Source: Picochlorum sp. SENEW3 (lineage: Eukaryota). From it: 20,000 nucleotides of DNA. Of this stretch, positions 19,871-20,000 are shown one piece after another. The stretch spans positions 1,542,226-1,562,225 of the forward strand of contig CP120454.1 in the NCBI GenBank assembly GCA_034226945.1, in the 5' to 3' direction. The position numbers and the translations under genes are program-made. The notes below the pieces were generated by a model. It worked only from the letters and a program-made list of their open reading frames with translations, did not search any database and had not been told where the DNA came from. Within the stretch, counting starts at the first letter, position 1; each line of letters starts with the position of its first letter.

Positions 19871-20000
19871 TTTTTCTGCGAATGCGGTGGGAGTGGGTGC
19901 AATATGTTGTTATATACCCTCATTACCCTCCTGCCAAGGAACGACGGTATGCACAGGGTATAGGGTATAGGGAGCAATACGTAACTGAACGAAGTACTGA

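Overview
Eukaryotic DNA, most likely from a compact-genome chlorophyte green alga. This is inferred from ~65-73 bp GT-AG introns, TGTAA poly(A) signals and a plant/algal-type Nup205. The left 8 kb is gene-dense: a 5-exon Nup205 nucleoporin gene (minus), a head-to-head 341-aa uncharacterised protein (plus) and a secreted Cys-rich, probably GPI-anchored protein (minus). From ~8.4 kb to the end there is no intact host gene I can support. This part holds two young members of one Ty3/gypsy LTR family, each with LTR pairs that read as identical and a perfect 5-bp TSD, and neither encodes Gag. One (8428-10645, minus) keeps only a decayed protease region. The other (12102-16471, plus) carries an uninterrupted PR-RT-RH-IN frame with no in-frame ATG between the PBS and the protease active site. 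The Pol-only element sits inside a 160-bp tandem array that abuts a separate 171-bp array. The window ends in a strand-skewed low-complexity tract. All comparisons were made by eye and no database searches were run.
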